The position numbers and the translations under genes are program-made. This document shows, one piece after another, positions 20,769 to 30,140 of a stretch of DNA of 64,000 nt (position 1 is the stretch's first letter; every line of letters begins with the position of its first letter). A model generated the notes under the pieces. That model saw only the letters and a list, made by a program, of their open reading frames with translations. It was not told the DNA's origin and did not search any database. The DNA comes from Bacteroidales bacterium (GTDB lineage: Bacteria; Bacteroidota; Bacteroidia; Bacteroidales; UBA7960), in assembly GCA_003550725.1 (NCBI GenBank), contig PUKZ01000097.1, positions 5,884 to 69,883 on the forward strand. The letters are read 5' to 3'.

Positions 20769-23700
20769 ATGAAGTTGCAGGAAACAGCAAATAAGAACAT
20801 ATTAATTCTGGATGGCGGCATGGGAACTATGCTTCAGATGGAAAATTTAGAAGAAGATAAATTTAGAGGAGCTAAGTTTGTTGATCATCCGGTTTCTTTA
20901 AAGGGTCTTAATGATTTATTGGTAATTACACAACCCGGAATTGTAAAAGATATACATAAGAAATATCTTGATGCCGGGGCTGACATAATAACAGCCAACA
21001 CCTTTAATGCCAACTATTATGGTTTAAAGGATTATGGCATGGAATCTTATGTATATGAAATAAATTTCCAGGCTATTAAAATTGCTAAAGATTTAACTGC
21101 ACAATACAACAAAAAAAATCCGAATAAGCCTCGTTTTGTTGCAGCTACTTTAGGGCCTACCGGAAAAACGGCTTCCATATCACCTGATATTAATAATCCT
21201 TCATTCAGAGACGTTACTTTTGATGATTTGGTTGAAGCTTACAGGAATCAGGTGCAGGGTATGGTAGATGCCGGGGCAGACATTCTTATGGTAGAAACTG
21301 TTTTTGATACATTGAATGCAAAAGCTGCCTTGTATGCTATTAATAAAGTACGTTCAGGCTTATCGGTAGAAATACCGGTAATGATATCGGGAACCATTGA
21401 TGAAAGTGGCCGGAATTTATCGGGTCAAACTGTTGAAGCGTTTTATAATTCGGTTTTTCCTTTTTCTTTGTTTTCTGTCGGTTTGAATTGTTCTTTCGGT
21501 GCTGATAAAATGACTCCCTATCTTGAAAGGTTAAGTGTAAAATCAGAGGTTTTGGTTAGTGCTCATCCTAATGCAGGTTTTCCCAACGAGTTGGGCGAAT
21601 ATGACCAATCACCAGAGGAGATGGCCGGCCTTATTGAAACTTTTTGCGAAAACGGATTTGTTAATATTGTTGGTGGATGTTGTGGAAGCATGCCTGAGCA
21701 TGTTAAAGCCATTTCAAAAATGGCTTCAAAGTACAGCCCGCGTCAAATTTTTAAACACCCAATAACAACAAGAATCAGTGGTTTACAGTCTTTTGGTGTA
21801 AAAGATAGTACCGGGCTGGTTAAAATAGGAGAGAGGACCAACGTAAATGGCTCAAAAAAATTTGCCAAGCTTATTAGAAACGAAAAATATGAAGAAGCTT
21901 TTGAAATAGCCAGAAATCAAATCAGGGATGGAGCAGAAATATTAAACATCAATTTAGATGATAGCATGATAGATTCAAAAAAAGTGATGAAAACTTTTTT
22001 GAATCAGCTTACTGTTGAACCTGATATTGTAAATATGCCCATAATGCTAGATTCTTCCGATTTTGATGTTATTGAAAATGGTTTGAAATGTATACAGGGG
22101 CGAAGTTTAGTGAACTCTATCAGTATTAAAGATGGAGAGGAAGATTTTAAGCAAAAAGCCTCCGTTATAAAAGAGTTAGGTGCTGTTGTAGTTGTAATGG
22201 CTTTTGATGAGAAAGGGCAAGCCGAAACTTTTGACAGAAAAATTGAAATTTGTCAGCGTGCATATAAGATATTAATAGAAGAAGTAGGTTTTCAACCCGA
22301 AGATATAATATTTGATCCTAATGTGTTAACTATAGGTACCGGAATAGAAGCTCATAATGATTATGCGGTCGACTTTATTAAATCCGTAAAATGGATAAAG
22401 AAGAATTTGCCGCATGCAAAAGTTAATGCCGGAGTCAGTAATGTTTCTTTTGCTTTTAGGGGGAATGATTATCTGAGAGATGTAATTAACTCTGTATTTC
22501 TTCATCATTGTGAAAAAGCAGGGTTGGATTTTGCTATTGTTAATCCGGCAAAAATTATCGATTATGATAATATTGATAATGAAGTTCGTGAACCGGTTGA
22601 AGATTTGGTGCTTAACAAACGGGCTGATGCCACAGACAGGCTTTTGGATCTAGCTTCCAAAATCATTAATAAGTCAACGCAACAGAAGCATAAGGATAAA
22701 TGGAGAGAACAATCACCCGAAGAAAGGATTGTTTATTCATTGTGTAATGGTATAAATAGTTATATTAATGAGGATATTCAGGAGCTAAGGGACAATCAAT
22801 ACAGCTCACTGAATATCATACAAGGCCCATTAATGGATGGTATGAACAAAGTAGGTGAGCTTTTTGCTGAGGGCGAGATGTTTTTGCCACAGGTAATAAA
22901 AAGTGCCCGAATAATGAATAAAGCTGTAGAATTTCTTTCAGGTGATATTGAAAAGGAAGCCAAGGCTACAGCAAAATCTTTAGAACAAAAAAAGAAAGTT
23001 CTTTTGGCCACTGTAGAGGGTGATGTACATGATATTGGTAAAAATATTGTTGCATTGGTGTTAAAATGCAATAATTATGAAGTTATTGATATGGGGGTGA
23101 TGGTTCCCAATAAAGAAATTATAAAAGCAATAGATAATAAAAAACCCGATATACTTGGTTTGAGTGGTTTGATATCTCCTTCACTAGATAAGATGATAGG
23201 TATAGTTAAAAGGTTGGAAGATAAAGGTTGTAAAATACCTGTTTTATTGGGTGGTGCTGCTACTTCAGCCTTACATACCGCTGTAAAAGTTGCTCCCCTT
23301 TACAGTGGAGTTGTGGCTCACGTGCCTAACGCTATGCAAAGTGTTAGCGTGGTGGGTAAAATATTTAGTGATGATGGCAGAGCCGGTATAGAGGAAATTC
23401 GCGAGGAGCAAAATAAATTAAGAAAAGACTTTCGTAAGAAGAAAACCGCCACAAAATTCTTATCCCTTGAAGATGCGCGTAAAAGAAAATATGTGTTAGA
23501 AAGGGAACGCCCTGTAAAGCCCAGAATGCTTGGAGTTAAGGAGTTTTATGATTTTGACCTGGGAGAATTGAGAAAATATATAGATTGGACTCCATACTTT
23601 AATGGGTGGGGATTGAAAGGTGTTTATCCTTCCATTTTTGAAAAAGAACGAGAGGGAAGGGAAGCCGAAAGATTATTTAAAGAAGCACTGGCAATGCTTG

Positions 23701-24434
23701 ATGATATTCAGCAAAATACCCTTATTCAGCCTAAAGGTATCATAGGATTATTCCCTGCCAATTCTAAAGGTGATGATGTATTAATATTTAAAGATGAAAG
23801 CCGGAGAAAGATTGTTATGAGAATACCTATGCTGAGGCAACAGCAATTAAAAGATAATCAAGGGTATGCTTTATCTTTAGCTGATTTTGTAGCGCCGGTT
23901 GATTCGGGTATAAAAGATTATTTTGGTGGTTTCGCGGTCACAACAGGCCATGGTATCGATAAATACCTGAAAAGGTTTAACGAAAATGGTGATAGCTATA
24001 AGAGCATTATGTTTAGGTTGATTGCTGACAGGCTTGTAGAAGCTGCTGCTGAAGTTATGCATATGTGGGTGAGAAAAAAATACTGGGGATATGTGCCTAA
24101 TGAAAACTTAAGCCTGCAAGAGTTAATAAAAGGAAAATATCAGGGTATAAGGCCTGCCGTAGGATATCCTTCATGCCCGGATCACCGGCTTAAAGGATAT
24201 TTGTTTGATCTTTTAAATGTAGAGGAAAGAATAGGAATCTCTCTTACAAGTATTTATGCCATGAAACCCGCAAGCTCAGTAGCTGGTTTTTATATGGCTC
24301 ATGATGCCTCAAGGTATTTCGGTATAGGAAAAATAGGCAAAGACCAGCTTAGTGATTATGCAAAAAGAACAAACAAGGATATAGAAAAAACCAAAGAATG
24401 GCTATATTTTGCAATTGATAAAAAAAGCGATTAA
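20769..24434 (+). CDS. metH: Cobalamin-dependent methionine synthase (full four-module MetH)
   Basis: ILDGGMGT, GLNC, GGCCG Zn ligands, IGERTN pterin domain, DVHDIGKN and SGL cobalamin motifs, GIRPAVGYPSCPDH activation domain. Confidence 0.96.
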   Translation: MKLQETANKNILILDGGMGTMLQMENLEEDKFRGAKFVDHPVSLKGLNDLLVITQPGIVKDIHKKYLDAGADIITANTFNANYYGLKDYGMESYVYEINFQAIKIAKDLTAQYNKKNPNKPRFVAATLGPTGKTASISPDINNPSFRDVTFDDLVEAYRNQVQGMVDAGADILMVETVFDTLNAKAALYAINKVRSGLSVEIPVMISGTIDESGRNLSGQTVEAFYNSVFPFSLFSVGLNCSFGADKMTPYLERLSVKSEVLVSAHPNAGFPNELGEYDQSPEEMAGLIETFCENGFVNIVGGCCGSMPEHVKAISKMASKYSPRQIFKHPITTRISGLQSFGVKDSTGLVKIGERTNVNGSKKFAKLIRNEKYEEAFEIARNQIRDGAEILNINLDDSMIDSKKVMKTFLNQLTVEPDIVNMPIMLDSSDFDVIENGLKCIQGRSLVNSISIKDGEEDFKQKASVIKELGAVVVVMAFDEKGQAETFDRKIEICQRAYKILIEEVGFQPEDIIFDPNVLTIGTGIEAHNDYAVDFIKSVKWIKKNLPHAKVNAGVSNVSFAFRGNDYLRDVINSVFLHHCEKAGLDFAIVNPAKIIDYDNIDNEVREPVEDLVLNKRADATDRLLDLASKIINKSTQQKHKDKWREQSPEERIVYSLCNGINSYINEDIQELRDNQYSSLNIIQGPLMDGMNKVGELFAEGEMFLPQVIKSARIMNKAVEFLSGDIEKEAKATAKSLEQKKKVLLATVEGDVHDIGKNIVALVLKCNNYEVIDMGVMVPNKEIIKAIDNKKPDILGLSGLISPSLDKMIGIVKRLEDKGCKIPVLLGGAATSALHTAVKVAPLYSGVVAHVPNAMQSVSVVGKIFSDDGRAGIEEIREEQNKLRKDFRKKKTATKFLSLEDARKRKYVLERERPVKPRMLGVKEFYDFDLGELRKYIDWTPYFNGWGLKGVYPSIFEKEREGREAERLFKEALAMLDDIQQNTLIQPKGIIGLFPANSKGDDVLIFKDESRRKIVMRIPMLRQQQLKDNQGYALSLADFVAPVDSGIKDYFGGFAVTTGHGIDKYLKRFNENGDSYKSIMFRLIADRLVEAAAEVMHMWVRKKYWGYVPNENLSLQELIKGKYQGIRPAVGYPSCPDHRLKGYLFDLLNVEERIGISLTSIYAMKPASSVAGFYMAHDASRYFGIGKIGKDQLSDYAKRTNKDIEKTKEWLYFAIDKKSD

Positions 24435-24542
24435 TAAGTAGTTGATGGCTTATAAAGCCGGTATCTATAATATTATTAAAAAAACAAATATTGCAAGTCT
24501 GAATTTAAAGGACATTAAATATTTAAAAGAGAAGTAAATATT

Positions 24543-25469
24543 ATGAAGATTACAGATATTTTTAAAAAACAAAAACGAACATTTTCATTTGAATTTTTTC
24601 CGCCAAGTGATTATTTGACTGCTGTCAAGTTTGGCATTAATGCGGGTCAGTTAATGAAGCTTTCGCCCTCTTTTGTTTCAATAACTTATGGTGCAGGTGG
24701 GTGTACTCAAACCAACACTTTCGACCTTGTTGATTTATTTCATAATGATTTGGGTTTTACTTGTATGGCTCATTATACGTGCGTTAATGCTACCAAAGAA
24801 AAAATTGCCTACGATATGAGAGTATTGCAGGATATGGGAGTGGAAAATGTTATGTTGCTTAGAGGCGATAAACCCAAAAATGAACCCCTTAAGTTTCCTA
24901 ATCCTGATGGATTTAATTATGCCAGCGACCTGGTAAAATTTGTAAATGAGAATTATAACTTCTGTATAGGAGGAGGAGCATATCCCGAAAAACATACAGA
25001 AGCACCATCTTATGAAAAAGATATTGAAAATTTAAAAGTTAAAGTTGATGCAGGAGTTGAATTTTTAATAACACAAATGTTTTTTTGTAACAATTATTAT
25101 TGGAATTTTGTTAATAAAGTTGAGCAAAAAGGGATTAAATGCAGGATTATACCCGGTATTATTCCGATTACAAATTTTAAGCAAATCAAAAAATTTGCTG
25201 ATTTAACCGGAGCCCAATTTCCTGAAAAATTGTTGAAAAAAATTGAACCTTACCAGGATAGACCTAAAGAAGTTTACAAGATCGGACTCGATTGGGCAGT
25301 TAAACAAGTAAGTGACTTGCTGGAAAATGATGCCCCGGGTATACATTTTTATACACTAAATAAATCAATGGCAGCAATTAAATTATATGAATCGCTGTCT
25401 GAAGATTTTAAAGACGTTAAAACACTTTATGAAAAAAGCTTTAAACCCCATATTCCTAGGCCTCTTTAA
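24543..25469 (+). CDS. metF: Methylenetetrahydrofolate reductase (E. coli-type MetF)
   Basis: SFEFFPP, SITYGAGG, AHYTC, LRGD, AYPEKH, ITQMFF, HFYTLN. Confidence 0.95.
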   Translation: MKITDIFKKQKRTFSFEFFPPSDYLTAVKFGINAGQLMKLSPSFVSITYGAGGCTQTNTFDLVDLFHNDLGFTCMAHYTCVNATKEKIAYDMRVLQDMGVENVMLLRGDKPKNEPLKFPNPDGFNYASDLVKFVNENYNFCIGGGAYPEKHTEAPSYEKDIENLKVKVDAGVEFLITQMFFCNNYYWNFVNKVEQKGIKCRIIPGIIPITNFKQIKKFADLTGAQFPEKLLKKIEPYQDRPKEVYKIGLDWAVKQVSDLLENDAPGIHFYTLNKSMAAIKLYESLSEDFKDVKTLYEKSFKPHIPRPL

Positions 25470-25535
25470 TGGGTTATATACTTATTTTTTTGTTTTATTT
25501 TTAAAATAAAAACTTGTGTTTATAAAAGTCTTATA

Positions 25536-25543
25536 TATCTTTG
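25536..25543 (+). promoter_or_regulatory. Bacteroidota -7 promoter box ahead of the corrinoid/MttB gene block
   Basis: TATCTTTG with an upstream TTG; would give a ~530-nt leader. Confidence 0.45.
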
Positions 25544-26080
25544 TAAAATCAAAGAAAAATTGATTTGTCATTAAACGGCATATTTTTCATAAATAATACA
25601 AAGCTGATATGTAAAAAAATATAATTTATATTTTAAAAAGCAGCATTTGATATTTAATATGAATGGCAGCCGGGGTGTTCAATTAGGGCTTTGTTTTAAA
25701 TCTTGTAGTTTTTTTCTCAAATCTGCAAAGTGTCCACTCCCATGCATCCCACTTGTTCCTCTGAAATCATGAGGGGCAAAGCAATGTGATAAAAAGCATT
25801 AATAAAGCATAAAGCTCAAAATGCTTTGAAACATTGCTCCAAAAAAGGTATACAGCCTTCTAAACATGTCAAAAGCAATACCTGTAATTGTTAAAATTAC
25901 GTGTGGCTTATTGTTATTACAGCAGGAAATGTTTGCTGCTTATTTGTTATGTGTTTTATTAATGAAAAATTACATTGCTTTATTAAATAAAATATAGTTA
26001 GCTGTTAATGTTTATCAATAATGGTAAGATTATTTGGTAATTTATAAAAATATTTTTTTAACAAAATAAAATTTACATTT

Positions 26081-26719
26081 ATGGATTTAAGCAAAATTTC
26101 AGAAACTTTAATATCAGGAAAGTCTGATGAATTAAAGAAATTAGTTGAAGAAGCTGTTAACAGTGATGCCAATCCGAGTGATATACTTAATAAGGGGTTA
26201 TTACCCGGGATGGATGCTGTAGGCCAGAAATGGAAAGCCGGCGACATGTTTATGCCGGAAGTACTACGTAGTGCAAAAGCTATGAGTAATGCTATGGATT
26301 ATCTCAGGCCAAAGTTAAAGGATGATGATTTAGGCAATGCCGGAACAATGGTTATAGGAACTGTAGCAGGTGATTTGCATGATATTGGCAAAGACCTTGC
26401 AGCTATGATGTTTGAGGGAGCAGGTTATAAGGTGATTAATATTGGCATTGACCAGTCTAATGAAAACTTTGTTAATGCGGTAAAAGAACATAAACCCAAT
26501 TTACTTGGGATGTCAGCATTGCTTACTACAACAATGCCCCGTATGGGTGAAGTAATTAACTCTTTGAAAGAGGCAGGTATTCGAGACCAGGTTGCTGTAA
26601 TTATTGGCGGAGCACCTGTTACCGAAGAATTTGCAACAGAAATCGGAGCAGATCTTTATGCTCCGAATGCAGGAACAGCTGTTGAAATTACTAAAGAATA
26701 TCTACAGAAAAAATCATAG
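26081..26719 (+). CDS. Stand-alone corrinoid methyl-carrier protein (MtgC/MttC-like)
   Basis: Cap domain (FMPEVL), DLHDIGK (DxHxxG), SALLTTT, GGAP. Confidence 0.93.
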   Translation: MDLSKISETLISGKSDELKKLVEEAVNSDANPSDILNKGLLPGMDAVGQKWKAGDMFMPEVLRSAKAMSNAMDYLRPKLKDDDLGNAGTMVIGTVAGDLHDIGKDLAAMMFEGAGYKVINIGIDQSNENFVNAVKEHKPNLLGMSALLTTTMPRMGEVINSLKEAGIRDQVAVIIGGAPVTEEFATEIGADLYAPNAGTAVEITKEYLQKKS

Positions 26720-26743
26720 TTAAGAAGTGTAATTTTTAACAGC

Positions 26744-26978
26744 TTAATTACCCTCTAATCATATCATTGATCAAAAAGATGATGCAGAAGTTAAAATTAC
26801 TTTTTTCTGCAAATCTGAATAACAATTGATCAAAGAGGTGAGGTGATTAAAAAAATAAAATAAACACTATAATTAAATATTGCTATGAAAACCTCATCTG
26901 CCAAAGCTTTTAAAAGACAATTGGCTTTGTAAATAGAGGTCTCACGGCCAAAGTGGGTAATAAGCATGAGGGTTTCAT
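26744..26978 (+). other. Two long imperfect RNA stem-loop domains between the corrinoid and first MttB genes
   Basis: Nested pairs ttaattacc/ggtgattaa, ctct/agag, ttgatcaa/ttgatcaa, tgcagaa/ttctgca (26744-26850); atgaaaacctcat/atgagggtttcat (26885-26897 / 26966-26978). Confidence 0.5.
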
Positions 26979-27048
26979 TGGTCAATATCTAAAAACTTCT
27001 AAGTTAACAAATATAATTTATTATAAGTAAGAACTTTAAATACATTTT

Positions 27049-28503
27049 ATGCAAATGAAAATGAATCAGACTGTTAATAATTCTCCACGATTTCGGGTAC
27101 TTTCGGAAGATCAAATCGAGCAGATATATTATTCTGCTTTAGAAGTACTTGAAAGAACAGGGGGGTGTTTTTACCATGATGAAGCCATCGAACTTTTTAA
27201 AAACAGCCATGCAGTTGTAAGGGGCAATAATGTTCGTGTGCCTGCTTATATGGTTGAAGAAGCTTTGAATTTTTATCCCAGGAAGATAACCCTTAAAGGA
27301 AGAAACGATACACGTTCTCTTCATATACAAAAAGATACTGTTGCATTTGGTACAGGTTCAGATTTACCGTTCACGTATGACCGGCAAACAGGAGAAAGGC
27401 GCAGAACTGTTTATAAGGATATAAATAATGCTGCAAAGCTTGTAGATGCTTTATCTAATTATGATTTTTTTATGTCACATGGAATTGTAAGTGATGCTCC
27501 TAATCCCCAGACGTATGACAGGCATCAATTTATGGCTATGCTTGAACAGTGTACAAAGCCGATGGTTTTGACAAGTGTTGATGGAGAAGGGCTTGAGGAT
27601 CTTTGGAAAATGGGTTGTTTGATTCAGGGAGGTGAAGAAGAATTTAAACTTAACCCTTTATTTGTAGCATATATAGAGCCTATTTCACCGCTTAAAAATG
27701 ACCGAACTGCTGTAGAAAAACTTTTGTTTGCTGCCGAGAAAAAATTACCTGCAATGTATACTCCATGTCCCAGCTCAGGAGCTACTGCTCCGGCAACAAT
27801 TGCCGGTATGTTGGTTCAATCACTGGCCGAAACACTATTGGCGACAGTATTATGCCACCTTAAAAATCCCGGCACACCTTTGATTATGGGAGGAGTAACT
27901 ACATTGCTTGATATGAAAAAATCAACCTACTCTTACGGTGCACCCGAACTCTCACTCGCATCAGCTGCTAATACCGATATATCCAAATGGATTAATCTTC
28001 CGATGTTTTCTACCGGGGGATGTACTGATTCTAAAATTATTGATGAGCAGGCAGCAGCTGAACAAATGATGAATTTGTTTTATGCCTACCTCTCAGGTGC
28101 AAATTTGGTGCACGATGTTGGTTATATTGACCATGGAACCAATGCTTCACTTGAAAGTTTGGTGTTAAACGAAGAAATGATGGGAATGGTTAAACAATTC
28201 GGCAAAGGTATTAACACTGACGATGATCATATGGCTCTTGACTTGATTGAAAAAGTCGGGCCGGGTGGAGAATACGTAACCTCCGACCATACCTTTGATC
28301 ATTGGAGAGAATGGTTTTTACCACAACTGCAAGATAGAAGTGATTACGAGACCTGGAAAAATAGTGGCTCTAAAACAATGCTTGACCGAGTAAAAGAAAG
28401 AACTGACTATTTACTTGAAAACCACAAACCTGAGCCTATGGATGAAAAACTTGAAAAAGAATTGAAGGAAATTATCAGCAGCGCTGATAAAAGACATTCG
28501 TAA
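27049..28503 (+). CDS. MttB-superfamily (trimethylamine methyltransferase family) corrinoid methyltransferase, non-pyrrolysine, paralog 1
   Basis: LSEDQIEQI..SALEVLE..G, PISPL, GATAPATIAG, DMK....YGAPE, GGCTDSK..DEQAA.E, GANL.HD.G, VGPGGEY; no in-frame TAG. Confidence 0.92.
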   Translation: MQMKMNQTVNNSPRFRVLSEDQIEQIYYSALEVLERTGGCFYHDEAIELFKNSHAVVRGNNVRVPAYMVEEALNFYPRKITLKGRNDTRSLHIQKDTVAFGTGSDLPFTYDRQTGERRRTVYKDINNAAKLVDALSNYDFFMSHGIVSDAPNPQTYDRHQFMAMLEQCTKPMVLTSVDGEGLEDLWKMGCLIQGGEEEFKLNPLFVAYIEPISPLKNDRTAVEKLLFAAEKKLPAMYTPCPSSGATAPATIAGMLVQSLAETLLATVLCHLKNPGTPLIMGGVTTLLDMKKSTYSYGAPELSLASAANTDISKWINLPMFSTGGCTDSKIIDEQAAAEQMMNLFYAYLSGANLVHDVGYIDHGTNASLESLVLNEEMMGMVKQFGKGINTDDDHMALDLIEKVGPGGEYVTSDHTFDHWREWFLPQLQDRSDYETWKNSGSKTMLDRVKERTDYLLENHKPEPMDEKLEKELKEIISSADKRHS

Positions 28504-28571
28504 ACTGGCTGTAAGGGTTTTTTATAAATTGTTATTTAATAAAAAAAATTTTTGAATCTAATAACTCAAAC

Positions 28572-30050
28572 ATGATTAGCAGAACAAATTACACAATACA
28601 ACAAAGTCCTCATTTTGAATTATTATCTGAAAACCAGAAGGAAAAGATATTCAACGGTATGATGCGTACCCTGCAATATACCGGAGCACATGTTCATCAT
28701 GAAGGTGCAAGGGAGCTTTTTAAAAAAGCAGGATGCAAGGTTGACGGTATAACAGTTTATTTTCCGCCGGAAGTTATATTGAATGCATTATCTACTGTAC
28801 CTCCGGTCACCGAAATATTTCCATGGGATGGCGATGAATCGAAAAAAATTATTATTGAAAAGAAAAGAAGTTATTTTGGTCCGGGGCCTACCCCTCCAAA
28901 TTTCATTGATACTGATACACTTGAGCGAAGGAAGTATTTGCGAAAGGATGCATCTTTGGTAGCAAGGGTTTGTGATGCTTTACCCAATATTGGTTATGTG
29001 CAGTCGCTGGGTTCTATTAGTGATGTTACCAATGGGTTGGCAGATATTTATGAGTTTGCTGATATGATTCGCAACACTACGACCCCGATCATGAGCTGGT
29101 CTTTTACACGTGATGGTTGTCATGATATTCACCGTGTAGGTATAGCTATGGCCGGTGGAGAAGAAGAATTTAAGCAAAGGCCAAATTACGTCTTTTATGG
29201 CGAGCCTATATCACCACTGGTTAGCGATTTTCATGCAATTGACAAATGTATGTACTGTGCCGAACATAGAATTCCGCAAGTATACAGCCCGTGTGCTATT
29301 GGAGGAGGAACAGTGCCGGCATCTCATGCAGGGCAGATTGTTGTTGCCCTTTCTGAATCAATGGTTGGGGTTATCGCTGCTCAGCTTATTAACCCCGGAA
29401 CATGTGTAATTATCGGTGGCGTACAGTCAATACTCGACATGAAATGTTCTATATATTCATACGGTGCTCCGGAACTTAGCTTGTTAAGTGCTGCTTTAAC
29501 TGAAATGGTGCATTATTGCAATTTGCCCATGTATTCGACTGCCGGTTGTACCGACACAAAAAAAATGGATATCCAATCTGCTTTGGAAGCAAGTCTCTCA
29601 ATAAATGCTGCAATGATGAGTGGTGCTAACTTTGTGCATGACTGTGGCTACACTGAATCGGGTTTAACCGGTGATATCTTCCAGACAGTTATGGATGATG
29701 AAATTATTGGAATGGCTCGTATAATAGAGAAAGGTGTTGAAGTTAATGAGGAAACCCTTGCTGTCGATCAAATTGCTAATGTTGGCCCCGGTGGGCATTA
29801 TCTTTATGAAGATCACACAATGAAGCATTTTAGAAATCACTGGATGCCCACATTAATGGATAGAAACAGCTATGAAGACTGGAATCAGCAAGGAAGTAAG
29901 ACCATGAAAGAAAGAATATTGGAAAAAACAAGAGATTTGATTGAAAACTATGAAGGGCCCCGGGAAAAAGTTCCACAGAAGGCTGATAAGGAAATAGAAA
30001 AAATTCTCGAAGAGGCTGAAAAAAGAGAAGCAAGTAAAAATGATAAATAA
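28572..30050 (+). CDS. MttB-superfamily corrinoid methyltransferase, non-pyrrolysine, paralog 2
   Basis: PISPL, GGTVPAS.AG, DMK....YGAPE, AGCTDTK..DIQSA.E, GANF.HD.G, VGPGGHYL...HT; no in-frame TAG. Confidence 0.92.
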   Translation: MISRTNYTIQQSPHFELLSENQKEKIFNGMMRTLQYTGAHVHHEGARELFKKAGCKVDGITVYFPPEVILNALSTVPPVTEIFPWDGDESKKIIIEKKRSYFGPGPTPPNFIDTDTLERRKYLRKDASLVARVCDALPNIGYVQSLGSISDVTNGLADIYEFADMIRNTTTPIMSWSFTRDGCHDIHRVGIAMAGGEEEFKQRPNYVFYGEPISPLVSDFHAIDKCMYCAEHRIPQVYSPCAIGGGTVPASHAGQIVVALSESMVGVIAAQLINPGTCVIIGGVQSILDMKCSIYSYGAPELSLLSAALTEMVHYCNLPMYSTAGCTDTKKMDIQSALEASLSINAAMMSGANFVHDCGYTESGLTGDIFQTVMDDEIIGMARIIEKGVEVNEETLAVDQIANVGPGGHYLYEDHTMKHFRNHWMPTLMDRNSYEDWNQQGSKTMKERILEKTRDLIENYEGPREKVPQKADKEIEKILEEAEKREASKNDK

Positions 30051-30140
30051 AACTAAAAGTTAAGAAAGTTAAAAGATAATAAGTTTTAAGTAAATTAATT
30101 AATCTTTCAATCTTTTTAAGGAGTTATTGAAAACCTAGTT

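Noticed and set aside
27049-30050. Pyrrolysine (amber) read-through in the MttB genes
   Set aside because: Both ORFs are full length, end in TAA and have no in-frame TAG; no pyl genes in the window.
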